Under the pieces are notes generated by a model. That model was not told where the DNA came from. It ran no database searches and worked only from the letters and a program-made list of their open reading frames with translations. From Candidatus Nomurabacteria bacterium (GTDB lineage: Bacteria; Patescibacteriota; Saccharimonadia; Saccharimonadales; CAIOMD01), in contig JACKGO010000001.1 in the NCBI GenBank assembly GCA_020631975.1, positions 197,409 to 241,537 on the forward strand: 44,129 bases of DNA. Direction: 5' to 3'. A program made the translations under genes and the position numbers. Numbering within the stretch: position 1 is the first letter of the stretch; every line of letters starts with the position of its first letter. This document shows, in pieces, positions 27,027-37,668 of this stretch.

Positions 27027-27710
27027 ATGCGAATACTGATAGTTGAAGATGAACATAAAATTGCCAATGCCATAAAACGCGGACTCGAACAGCATAGCTA
27101 TGCTGTAGATGTTGCATATAATGGCGATGATGGAGCTTCTATGGCTATGAGTGAACCATACGATTTATTTATTTTAGACAGAATGCTGCCTGGCGATATA
27201 GACGGGCTTGGTATCGTAAAGCAAATAAGAACCGAAAATATTCAAACACCAATATTAATGCTCACGGCTAAATCTAGAGTTTTAGATAAAGCAGAAGGGT
27301 TAAATGCCGGTGCAGATGATTATTTGGCCAAGCCTTTTGCATTTGTTGAACTTATCGCACGAGTACGCGCCCTACTCCGTCGCCCTCAACAAACCATTGA
27401 TACAACATTAATATACGATAATTTGACACTAGATTTGCAGGCGATGCAAGCCGCGAGAGCACAAAAACCTATAGATTTAACAAGTAAAGAATATGCCCTG
27501 CTTGAATATTTTATGAGAAATCCAGATAGAATTGTGACGAAAGATCAAATCATACAACATGTATGGAATTATGATGCAGACATCTTGCCGAATACCGTGG
27601 AGGTGTATGTCGGCTATTTGCGCAGTAAAATAGATAAACCTTTTAGTAGCAGCGCAACCCTACTACATACGAAACGTGGTTTTGGCTATTATTTTGGGGT
27701 ACAACAGTAG
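27027..27710 (+). CDS. OmpR/PhoB-family response regulator
   Basis: MRILIVEDE, phospho-acceptor LFILDRMLPG, LMLTAK, KPF and a winged-helix C-terminus (LTSKEYALLEYFMRNP...VEVYVGYLRSKI). TACAAT lies 7 nt before the ATG. Confidence 0.9.
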   Translation: MRILIVEDEHKIANAIKRGLEQHSYAVDVAYNGDDGASMAMSEPYDLFILDRMLPGDIDGLGIVKQIRTENIQTPILMLTAKSRVLDKAEGLNAGADDYLAKPFAFVELIARVRALLRRPQQTIDTTLIYDNLTLDLQAMQAARAQKPIDLTSKEYALLEYFMRNPDRIVTKDQIIQHVWNYDADILPNTVEVYVGYLRSKIDKPFSSSATLLHTKRGFGYYFGVQQ

Positions 27711-27711
27711 T

Positions 27712-28740
27712 ATGCCTTTTGCACTCCATAAAGGATCAATACGCTTAGCTGGATTGTACCTTGCTATTATTATGTCTATTAGCATATTCTTTAGTGTTAC
27801 AATTTATAGCTTGTCTATTAATGAGCTCGGTAGAGGGCTGCGTGGACCAAGAAGTGTGATTGTACGCCCTGTCGGACCGGGATTTTCTGAAGAAATAAAA
27901 AACGACATTTTACGTGAACGCAGTGTACTCTATACAGAAGCAAAAGAGCGGGTTTTGGCGCGGCTTATTGTAATAAATATATTTATTCTCATAGGTGGCG
28001 GTGCCCTAAGTTACTATTTAGCAGTCCGAACGTTAAAACCTATAGAAGAAGCCCACGAAGCTCAAAACCGCTTTACAGCAGATGCCAGCCATGAACTCAG
28101 AACACCGATTACCGCTATGCTAACAGAAAACGAAGTTACACTAATGGACCCCAAGCTTAGTCTGCAGGATGCCAAACGTCAGCTCGCAAGCAATATAGAA
28201 GAACTGCAACGATTAAGCGCCTTGTCTGACGGGCTAATGCGCATTGCTGGGCTCGAAAACAGAACACTCCAAAAAATGGATGTTTCACTGCAAGATATAA
28301 TAGATAATGCTATTCATAGTATACAAACGGTAGCATCAGCTAAGTTTATAGATATCGATAAACATCCAAAAAAGAGTAATGTTACAGTTCATGGCGACTC
28401 TTTCAGTTTACAAGAAGTGTTTACTATTTTGTTGGATAATGCGGTTAAGTACAGCAATAAAAACACAAAGATTTCTGTGAATATACAAAAACATCAGAAC
28501 GAAGTTACTGTAGATGTAGTAGACAGAGGTATGGGAATACCTGCAAAAGACGTTCCTTATATATTTGATCGTTTTTACCGCGCAGATTCGTCACGTACGC
28601 ACCAGTCGGTGCAAGGGCATGGGCTTGGCTTGTCAATTGCAAAAGACATTATTACAAAACACGGTGGGACGATTTCTGTTAAGAGTACTCCAAAAAAAGG
28701 AAGCGTATTTAGCGTACGGCTCCCTTTGGTTAAAGACTAA
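27712..28740 (+). CDS. Sensor histidine kinase (HisKA + HATPase_c)
   Basis: Two TM helices flank a ~55-aa loop. H-box FTADASHELRTPIT, N-box LLDNAVKYS, G1 VDRGMGI and G2 GHGLGLSI. Confidence 0.88.
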   Translation: MPFALHKGSIRLAGLYLAIIMSISIFFSVTIYSLSINELGRGLRGPRSVIVRPVGPGFSEEIKNDILRERSVLYTEAKERVLARLIVINIFILIGGGALSYYLAVRTLKPIEEAHEAQNRFTADASHELRTPITAMLTENEVTLMDPKLSLQDAKRQLASNIEELQRLSALSDGLMRIAGLENRTLQKMDVSLQDIIDNAIHSIQTVASAKFIDIDKHPKKSNVTVHGDSFSLQEVFTILLDNAVKYSNKNTKISVNIQKHQNEVTVDVVDRGMGIPAKDVPYIFDRFYRADSSRTHQSVQGHGLGLSIAKDIITKHGGTISVKSTPKKGSVFSVRLPLVKD

Positions 28741-28810
28741 ACAGCCGTAACCTACTGAAGTTTATGAGCAAATCGTAAGATTGTTTCATTACAAATCATC
28801 ATAACAGAGG

Positions 28811-28838
28811 TTGATTGTACGATAATTTTTGCTACAAT
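28811..28838 (+). promoter_or_regulatory. Promoter of the ATP synthase operon
   Basis: TTGATT (28811-28816), 16-nt spacer, TGc-TACAAT (28830-28838). Confidence 0.5.
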
Positions 28839-28905
28839 ATAAGTAAATGATACTAATAAAACTGCGCTGTAAATCATCGCCTATAGAAGGGTGTGTTCGG
28901 ATATA

Positions 28906-29757
28906 ATGGTGGGTCTGTTAACATTTGCGTCAGAAGATGGTGTGCCAATTGCTGCCGAAACGATTTTTACCATAGGCAACTTTGGTATCACTAATTCGAT
29001 GATACTTGGCATGCTTGTTGCGGTAGGTCTAATTATCACGTTTGTACTTACAGCCATATACACAACCGTGCGACCACAATCTAAATTTGCCTTTTCTATG
29101 GAAAGCGCATTAGAATTTGTTACCAGTAATTTAAAGAGCACTCTCGGTAGTGAAGCAAAAGCACGCGCTTTTTTGCCACTGTTTGCTGCATTATTCTTTT
29201 TTATTCTGCTAAATAATTTAATAGGCTTGTTCCCAGCCATGGGCGGTACTGTATACGTCGTCAACGATGAAGGCATTAAAGCAGCACTGTTGCGACCATT
29301 CACCACAGACTTAAACGGCACTCTTGCTCTTGCCATTATATCTATAGGGACTGTACAGTATTTTGCTATCAAACAGCGTGGAGGCTGGGGGCACTTAAAA
29401 CACTACTTTAGTATTATGCAGCCGTGGTGGAATCCCATGAACTTTTTTATTGGCATTATAGAAATACTTGGTGAGCTTATACGATTATTAACACTTGCTC
29501 TTAGGTTGTTTGGAGTAATATATGCTGGTGAAGTGTTGCTGCATGTCATTACTAACTTAAGTGGTAATTTTGCGCCCATTGCGGTGTTCCCTGTTGTGCT
29601 TATGGAAATATTCTTTTCTGTTATACAGGCCTACTTATTCTTAATGCTTGCCTCTACCTACCTTGCTATCGGCACATCTACAGATGGCCATGACGACATT
29701 CAACCAGAATCACAAAGCACTGCTCACCAAAAAAGTATGGCTGCTACCAATGCGTAG
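28906..29757 (+). CDS. atpB: F0F1 ATP synthase subunit a
   Basis: LALRLFGVIYAGEVLL contains the essential Arg motif. Polytopic membrane protein and first gene of the atp operon. Start at ATG 28906, or GTG 28891. Confidence 0.88.
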   Translation: MVGLLTFASEDGVPIAAETIFTIGNFGITNSMILGMLVAVGLIITFVLTAIYTTVRPQSKFAFSMESALEFVTSNLKSTLGSEAKARAFLPLFAALFFFILLNNLIGLFPAMGGTVYVVNDEGIKAALLRPFTTDLNGTLALAIISIGTVQYFAIKQRGGWGHLKHYFSIMQPWWNPMNFFIGIIEILGELIRLLTLALRLFGVIYAGEVLLHVITNLSGNFAPIAVFPVVLMEIFFSVIQAYLFLMLASTYLAIGTSTDGHDDIQPESQSTAHQKSMAATNA

Positions 29758-29796
29758 TGTGAGATAATAACTAGTAATATAACGAGGAGAAAAATA

Positions 29797-30015
29797 ATGG
29801 CAGAAATAGACCCAGCATTTATAAAAGGATTAACCATTGCACTCGGTGCTATTGGACCAGCTATTGGTCTAGGGCTCGTTGGGTCGGCAGCGGTACGATC
29901 TGTTGGACGCAACCCAGAAGCGCAAAGCAAAATTTTAACCATGGCGCTTATTATGGCTGGTCTTGTAGACGCAATCATGGTATTCGTACTACTTATCGTA
30001 TTTAGCACAAATTAG
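29797..30015 (+). CDS. atpE: F0F1 ATP synthase subunit c
   Basis: 72-aa helical hairpin with the GRNPE loop and carboxylate in MAGLVDAIMVF (Asp, as in E. coli MGLVDAIPMI). GGAGA SD. Confidence 0.9.
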   Translation: MAEIDPAFIKGLTIALGAIGPAIGLGLVGSAAVRSVGRNPEAQSKILTMALIMAGLVDAIMVFVLLIVFSTN

Positions 30016-30029
30016 CAGTAGGTATATAC

Positions 30030-30575
30030 GTGATACTATTACAATTCGCATCTGAATCGAGTGCTCCACCGCCAGAAAGTGTAACAGCTACATTTGGTAT
30101 AAGCTGGCAAGCGTTACTGTTCCAAGCAATAACCTTTTTGCTTGTTGTGTGGGTATTAAAGAAATTTGTTGTCGGCAAGATATATTCAGTCATTGATGCC
30201 CGCGAGAAAGCGATCAATGATGGTTTGGCACAAGCAGCCAAGGCAAAGGAAGAACTCGCCAACGCAGAATCAGAAATAGATGCAATTCTTAATGAGGCTC
30301 GTACCCAAGCAGATGTTGTCGTCCATAACGCTAAGAAAGAATCTGCCGAAATTATTAAAGCTGCAGAAGACAAAGCAAGTGCACGCGCAGACGCAATTAT
30401 GCATGACGCTGAAGAAAAACTTAAACTCGATGTTGCGAAAGCGCGCCAAGCACTAGAATCAGAAACGGCTCGTCTTATTAGCGAAGTATCAGGATCTATT
30501 CTGCGTGACAAAATCACTGCAGAAAAAGATCAAAAACTAATCATGAAAGAGTTGGAGAAACGCCGTGAAAAGTAG
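30030..30575 (+). CDS. atpF: F0F1 ATP synthase subunit b
   Basis: One N-terminal TM helix followed by a long Ala/Glu/Lys-rich helix. Position in the operon supports the call. GTG start. Confidence 0.85.
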   Translation: MILLQFASESSAPPPESVTATFGISWQALLFQAITFLLVVWVLKKFVVGKIYSVIDAREKAINDGLAQAAKAKEELANAESEIDAILNEARTQADVVVHNAKKESAEIIKAAEDKASARADAIMHDAEEKLKLDVAKARQALESETARLISEVSGSILRDKITAEKDQKLIMKELEKRREK

Positions 30576-30960
30576 AACAAAAGTTGCTCATTTTGCGGCC
30601 GAAGCGCTCCTTAACAATACGATACCTCGTGACAGATTAGTTGCAATGCTCGCTTCTTGGCTAAAAGATACTAAAAATACCAGACAATCGAGCTATTTAG
30701 TACAAGATATCGCACGTCAGCTTGCTCATTCAGGTTATGTTTTTATTACAATTACAACTGCCCACCCCATCACACTTCAGACGAAGAGTAGCATCGTAGA
30801 CTACATCCATTCGTATTATGGAGCGAATGTTACCTTAGAAACAAAAGAAGTCATCAACCCTGCGATTATTGGAGGAGTACAAATAGATACTCCCAATGGA
30901 TCACTTGATGCATCCGTTAAACGTAAATTGATACAGATTATTAAAGGAGTACAAAGATGA
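30565..30960 (+). CDS. atpH: F0F1 ATP synthase subunit delta (short, 131 aa)
   Basis: Operon position between b and alpha. C-terminal [22 protein letters not shown] matches the delta/OSCP C-terminal motif. GTG start overlaps the atpF 3' end. Confidence 0.7.
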   Translation: MKSRTKVAHFAAEALLNNTIPRDRLVAMLASWLKDTKNTRQSSYLVQDIARQLAHSGYVFITITTAHPITLQTKSSIVDYIHSYYGANVTLETKEVINPAIIGGVQIDTPNGSLDASVKRKLIQIIKGVQR

Positions 30961-32498
30961 GTTCACTCAATATAAAAGAGCTGAGCCAAGAACTGCAATC
31001 GGCGATTGCTACATTAGATAGTGATGCGGCTGAGTTTGAGCAGTCTGGTGTAGTTACACGCATAAGTGATGGTATTATTTGGGTTTTTGGTCTGAGTAAT
31101 TGTGGCTTTAGCGATGTCATAGAAATCGCAACAGATAATGGAAGTGTTCGGGCGTTTGCGCTAAACCTAAATGAAGACGAAATCGGTGCCGTACTTTTAG
31201 ATACAGATGTTGATGTAAAAGCTGGTGCACGCGTTACGCTTACGGGCACAACACTTGAAGTGCCTGTTGGTCCTGAGCTTATAGGACGAGTGGTAGACCC
31301 GCTGGGAAGGCCCCTTGATGGCCTAGGACCTATAAAAACAAACCGCACAGGGAGAGTCGAACGAACAGCACCTGGCGTAATGGACCGTAAAGGTGTCCAT
31401 GAACCACTTGCCACAGGTATCGTGGCCATTGACACGATGGTACCAATTGGTCGTGGTCAGCGCGAGCTCATTATTGGTGACCGACAAACCGGCAAAACAG
31501 CCATAGCAATTGACACAATGATAAACCAAGCCCGCCAGAAAACTGGGGTTATTAACGTATACGTGGCAGTAGGTCAAAAACGTGCGAAAGTTGCGGCTTT
31601 GGTAGAAAAGCTAAAACAAGAGGGCGTCATGGATCAAACCATTGTTGTCGCCACAAGTTCGTCTGACCCAGCTAGCCTGTTGTATTTGGCTCCGTACGCC
31701 GGCACAGCTATTGCAGAATATTTTAGGGACAATAAACAGCATGCCCTGATTATTTATGATGATTTATCAAAGCATGCGGTTGCGTATCGTCAGATGTCCT
31801 TGTTATTACGCCGTCCACCAGGCCGAGAAGCCTACCCGGGTGATGTCTTTTATTTGCACTCGAGATTACTTGAACGAGCTGCCAAATTATCTGATGATCT
31901 TGGTTCGGGTAGCTTGACGGCATTACCTATCATTGAAACGCAAGCCGGTGATGTGTCTGCTTATATTCCAACTAATGTCATATCAATTACCGATGGCCAA
32001 ATCTACCTAGAAACTAACCTATTTCACCAAGGTATTCGCCCTGCTATTTCGGTTGGACTAAGCGTGAGCCGCGTAGGTGGTGCTGCCCAAACAAAAGCAA
32101 CCAAAAGCGTTGCTGGTACCTTGCGACTTGAACTGGCTCAGTTTAGAGAATTGGCATCGTTTGCACAATTTGCCAGCGATTTAGACGAAGACACCAAAAA
32201 GCGCATCGCACGAGGTCGCTTACTTACTGAAGTTCTTAAGCAAAAACAATATAACCCATATAGTGTTGCCGAACAGGTTATTGCTATTACAGCAGCCACT
32301 GGCGGATCTTTTGACCATTTATTAGCTCACGAAGTTGAATCTGCTCTACACCAACTAATTGTGACTGTTAAAAAAGATCACAAAAAACTTATCGAGAATC
32401 TTAATAAAGGCACTAAACCAGAAGAATCTGATGTTAAAAAGATTAACGATGCCGCTAAATCGGTAAGCCGCGGGTTTAAAAAGGAAAAAGCGTCGTAA
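30957..32498 (+). CDS. atpA: F0F1 ATP synthase subunit alpha
   Basis: Walker [10 protein letters not shown], plus [42 protein letters not shown]. Confidence 0.96.
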   Translation: MSSLNIKELSQELQSAIATLDSDAAEFEQSGVVTRISDGIIWVFGLSNCGFSDVIEIATDNGSVRAFALNLNEDEIGAVLLDTDVDVKAGARVTLTGTTLEVPVGPELIGRVVDPLGRPLDGLGPIKTNRTGRVERTAPGVMDRKGVHEPLATGIVAIDTMVPIGRGQRELIIGDRQTGKTAIAIDTMINQARQKTGVINVYVAVGQKRAKVAALVEKLKQEGVMDQTIVVATSSSDPASLLYLAPYAGTAIAEYFRDNKQHALIIYDDLSKHAVAYRQMSLLLRRPPGREAYPGDVFYLHSRLLERAAKLSDDLGSGSLTALPIIETQAGDVSAYIPTNVISITDGQIYLETNLFHQGIRPAISVGLSVSRVGGAAQTKATKSVAGTLRLELAQFRELASFAQFASDLDEDTKKRIARGRLLTEVLKQKQYNPYSVAEQVIAITAATGGSFDHLLAHEVESALHQLIVTVKKDHKKLIENLNKGTKPEESDVKKINDAAKSVSRGFKKEKAS

Positions 32499-32501
32499 AC
32501 T

Positions 32502-33347
32502 ATGGCTTCCCAGCAAGCAGTAAAACAACGAATCCAATCTGTATCTAACACGAGGCAGATTACCAAAGCTATGCAACTCGTTGCTGCAAGCAAGCTCAGA
32601 AAATCCCAAGAAGCAGTCATTGGGCCAAAAGCGTATATAGAAAACGCCAAAGCATTGTTAGCCACACTCGCTGGGCATCCGGGTGCGCTTGTGAACCCTT
32701 TGTTCAAAACGCCAAATTCAAAAGGCGCCTTAACAATAATTGTAACAAGTGACCGCGGCCTTGCAGGAGCCTATAACGCAAATGTCTTAAAAGCAGCTGC
32801 CAAGCATCTTAAAGATCACCCAGGTATGGATAGAGTTATTACTGTCGGTAAGTATGCCTCGCGCTTTATATCTAAATTAAAAGATATTAATTCACTCGGT
32901 GCATATGAACTGGATAGTCATAACCTAAATAGCGAGGTGGTAACACCAGTCCTTGCTCAATCTATAGATGAATTTGTGGCTGGTAACGTTGCTTCTGTGG
33001 ATGTTGTCTATACAAAGTACATATCAACGGTAAAACACGAAGTCATCATCGAACGTGTCTTACCAATAAAAAATATTACGAACCAGGTAAAAGATAGATT
33101 ATTTGAACCGAATGCTGAATATGTCTTTGAAGTCGCCATCACCAGAGCGCTCGAAGCTCAAATGCTCCAATATTTACTCGAAGCACGAGCCAGTGAGCAA
33201 GCATCACGCATGCTCGCCATGAAAAATGCAACAGATAATGCAGGTGATCTTATTGATGATTTGCGGCTAGAGTATAACAATGCTCGCCAAGCAAAGATCA
33301 CCCAAGAACTCGCTGAAATTAGTGGCGGAGCAGAGGCATTGTCATAA
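32502..33347 (+). CDS. atpG: F0F1 ATP synthase subunit gamma
   Basis: N-terminal IKQRIQSVSNTRQITKAMQLVAASKLRK and C-terminal NKARQAKITQELAEI. Confidence 0.93.
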   Translation: MASQQAVKQRIQSVSNTRQITKAMQLVAASKLRKSQEAVIGPKAYIENAKALLATLAGHPGALVNPLFKTPNSKGALTIIVTSDRGLAGAYNANVLKAAAKHLKDHPGMDRVITVGKYASRFISKLKDINSLGAYELDSHNLNSEVVTPVLAQSIDEFVAGNVASVDVVYTKYISTVKHEVIIERVLPIKNITNQVKDRLFEPNAEYVFEVAITRALEAQMLQYLLEARASEQASRMLAMKNATDNAGDLIDDLRLEYNNARQAKITQELAEISGGAEALS

Positions 33348-33376
33348 AATGAGAATAACCACGATAAGAATTATAA

Positions 33377-34777
<1,401 letters not shown>

Positions 34778-35188
34778 ATGCACGTTACCTTAGTAACACT
34801 AAGTGGCACGAGGTATGACGATGTAGCTAAAGAAGTTCGCTTGGCTACACCAAATGGTGCAATGGTCGTACTACCCTATCACGAGCCTATGACAGCTGTA
34901 ACAACTGCGGGTGCTGTTATCATTGTAGACAAAGTAGGCGAAGAAGAAGTATTTGCATCATACGGCGGATTAATGGAAGTGTCTGAAAATTCTGTCCGGT
35001 TATTACTAGACGAAGCTGACCACGCAAGAGATCTTGTTGAAGAAGAAATCAAAGAAGCGCTTGAATCTGCTATTCAGCTAAAAGCAAAAGCAAAAGATCA
35101 AACAGAACTCACCGAAGCTCAACGATTAATAGATCGTCACGAAGTACGCCTTGGCGTCGCACAACTTCGCCGCAAAACACGTCGCTAA
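34778..35188 (+). CDS. atpC: F0F1 ATP synthase subunit epsilon
   Basis: Last gene of the operon, starting immediately after the atpD stop. Beta-sandwich N-terminus plus a helical hairpin C-terminus. Confidence 0.88.
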   Translation: MHVTLVTLSGTRYDDVAKEVRLATPNGAMVVLPYHEPMTAVTTAGAVIIVDKVGEEEVFASYGGLMEVSENSVRLLLDEADHARDLVEEEIKEALESAIQLKAKAKDQTELTEAQRLIDRHEVRLGVAQLRRKTRR

Positions 35189-35298
35189 ACATTCATAGAA
35201 GGTTATCTAGAAATATAACGATAATATAAGAACTCTATTTGCTTTTTATACCATAACCTTTATATACTATTGGTAATAAGTAAAAGGGGTATATCAAG

Positions 35299-36099
35299 GT
35301 GGATGACAAAGAAACCAAGAATATAGATGGCATTAAACCGCCAGAACAAGCGCAAGATGGCTCGTCAGAGACTATTAATGTAAACGTAACAGACACGAGT
35401 GACCAAGAAGAATCAGCGGATGTTGCTATAAATAGCGATGGCGACATAGCCGATTCACCCGACAGTGTCGTAACAGAAAACGTTAGTGATAGCGTTGAAC
35501 CTGAAGCTTCTTCTAGTGAAACCACAGAAACAGAAGCCTCAACGATACAAAGCGAGGATTCTGATACCACTACATTTTCAGCAAATCAACCTGCTGCTAA
35601 TGAACCAACACAAGCTACAGAAAACCAACCTAGCGTGGCGGATCCTGGAATCGTACCGTCTGTACAGCCGCCAGCAAATAATGAACAACCGTCTACAGAT
35701 ACAACGCGACTAAAAAAGAAGAATAAGCAACTCAAAATATGGGTTGTCGTGCTTATGCTATTGTTGGTAGCAGTTGGTAGTGCACTGGTTGTATATTTTG
35801 CTCAACAAAATAAATCTAAAAGCGACCTCGAAGCGCAACAACAAACCAATGCTAGCCTGCAACAACAGCTTAATCAGCAACAGCAGAACTCTACGCAGCA
35901 GACTATAGACGATTTGACTACAAAGCTTAAAGAAGAACAAACAAAAAATACCGAACTACAAGCAACAATAGACTCACAAAACAAGCAAATACAAGAATAC
36001 CAAACGGCTATTAAAAAGATGCTTGCTGCTTGTGGTTCAGCGTGTAGTAGTATAGATTACCCTACGTCTACAGAGGCAGATACTAACGCAACAAATTAG
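35299..36099 (+). CDS. Membrane-anchored coiled-coil protein, paralogue A (266 aa)
   Basis: GTG start with AAGG SD. MDD...IKPP N-terminus, long acidic disordered region, one TM helix, Gln-rich coiled coil, and a C-terminal LAACGSACSSI motif. Confidence 0.65.
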   Translation: MDDKETKNIDGIKPPEQAQDGSSETINVNVTDTSDQEESADVAINSDGDIADSPDSVVTENVSDSVEPEASSSETTETEASTIQSEDSDTTTFSANQPAANEPTQATENQPSVADPGIVPSVQPPANNEQPSTDTTRLKKKNKQLKIWVVVLMLLLVAVGSALVVYFAQQNKSKSDLEAQQQTNASLQQQLNQQQQNSTQQTIDDLTTKLKEEQTKNTELQATIDSQNKQIQEYQTAIKKMLAACGSACSSIDYPTSTEADTNATN

Positions 36100-36187
36100 T
36101 GTAATTTTAAAGTGTATAGTAGCCTTAGACTGCTGGTATACTAGTACTAGCAAAAACAATAAATCTATGTGTAATTGAGAGGAAAAA

Positions 36188-36661
36188 ATGGACGATATTA
36201 AGCCCCCACGCAATTTTGGCTCAGGCCCCACACCTACAAATTATGGACGTACCCCTACGCAACAAACAGGAAACGTCCCACCGTCTGGGCAACAGTATGC
36301 TGAATCACATGCACCTGACCAGCAAAGCCATGATCAGGTACCTGCTGAATCGTACAAACTACCACAAAAGAAGACAGGTAAAAAACGTACTATTGCACTA
36401 TGGGTTCTTGTTGTGCTCACGCTTGCAGCAGGTGCATTTGCTGTATGGGAGTTTATGCAAATTCGTGATCTTCAGACGCAAGTAGATGAACTGAAGCAAG
36501 AGAATGCAAGACTGACAGAAAAAGTGTATTCCATAAATTACGACAACCGTGACTTACGGCAAAAACTAGAGCTTACAACAACTGAAAACGATTCACTAAA
36601 AGAACTTAACGATAAATTACTTGAAACGTGTGGAGCGGCCTGTAGCACAATAATCCCCTAG
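36188..36661 (+). CDS. Membrane-anchored coiled-coil protein, paralogue B (157 aa)
   Basis: GAGAGGA SD. MDDIKPP N-terminus, Pro/Gln-rich region, one TM helix, coiled coil, and a C-terminal LETCGAACSTI motif. Confidence 0.65.
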   Translation: MDDIKPPRNFGSGPTPTNYGRTPTQQTGNVPPSGQQYAESHAPDQQSHDQVPAESYKLPQKKTGKKRTIALWVLVVLTLAAGAFAVWEFMQIRDLQTQVDELKQENARLTEKVYSINYDNRDLRQKLELTTTENDSLKELNDKLLETCGAACSTIIP

Positions 36662-36717
36662 CCACTCTTTTTACGCCTAGCGATTTACCTCCCATTCTGT
36701 TATAAATAGAACAAAGT

Positions 36718-37668
36718 ATGCAGCAAACCGAAATTACTATTCCGGATACGTATGTATCTAGGCTCAACATAAATGGTCTGCGCGGGCGAGTATTAGATAT
36801 ACCCAGCAAGCGTCCATCTAAACACGGGAAAAATATCCTGCTTGTCTATGGGCATCATTCAAGCATAGAACGCATGTACAGCCTTGCATCTTATTTAAGT
36901 ACCTATGGTACGGTTACGATGCCTGATTTGCCAGGCTTTGGTGGTATGGATAGTTTTTATATTATTAATAAAAAACCCACTCTTGATGCCATGGCGGAAT
37001 ATCTTGCAACGTTTATCAAACTTCATTACAGAAATAAACCTATAGCTATTTGTGGCATGAGTTATGGGTTTTTAGTCGTAACAAGAATGCTACAAAAGTA
37101 TCCACACATGCACAAGCAGGTCAATCTACTGGTGAGTCTTGTTGGATTTTCTAAAAAAAATGATTTTAGATTTAAACCAGCAACATATAACACGCTTCTG
37201 TACGGATCAAGATTTATGAGTACCCTGCCGTTTTCTTTTTTGGCAAAACATCTATTTTTTACTAAACCACTTATTAAAGCATCGTATGCTATTACCGCCA
37301 AAAGTCATGTAAAAATGATGGATGCTACGCCTGAAGAGCGGCAAAAACGTATAGATTTTGAAGTATATCTGTGGAAATGTAACGATGCAAGAACATATTT
37401 TGCTACGTCACTGTGTTTTTTGACAGTTAATCTTACCACCCAGAAAATACCCTTAGCATTGCACCATGTTTCTGTAAAGCAAGATCAGTACTTTGATAAA
37501 GCAATCGTTTTAAAAAACTTACGACGAATTTATTCTAAAGTTAGTGCCTATACCGCAAGCTTGCCTAACCACGCCCCCACAGTCATTAGTGACGAAGCTG
37601 ATGCAGCATTACTAATCCCGCAGCGTCTTAAGGTACTTCTTAAACAATATCAGAAGAGTAAGGTATAA
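36718..37668 (+). CDS. Alpha/beta-hydrolase-fold protein
   Basis: HG oxyanion motif (LLVYGHHSS) and a nucleophile elbow-like CGMSYG. Its stop overlaps the next start (TAATG). Confidence 0.65.
   Translation: MQQTEITIPDTYVSRLNINGLRGRVLDIPSKRPSKHGKNILLVYGHHSSIERMYSLASYLSTYGTVTMPDLPGFGGMDSFYIINKKPTLDAMAEYLATFIKLHYRNKPIAICGMSYGFLVVTRMLQKYPHMHKQVNLLVSLVGFSKKNDFRFKPATYNTLLYGSRFMSTLPFSFLAKHLFFTKPLIKASYAITAKSHVKMMDATPEERQKRIDFEVYLWKCNDARTYFATSLCFLTVNLTTQKIPLALHHVSVKQDQYFDKAIVLKNLRRIYSKVSAYTASLPNHAPTVISDEADAALLIPQRLKVLLKQYQKSKV

Noticed and set aside
28881-31435. Three long - strand ORFs (28881-29372, 30002-30517, 30941-31435) inside the atp operon
   Set aside because: They are antisense shadows of atpB, atpF and atpA. 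They have low-complexity Ser/Ala/Arg-rich translations and sit opposite strongly conserved genes.
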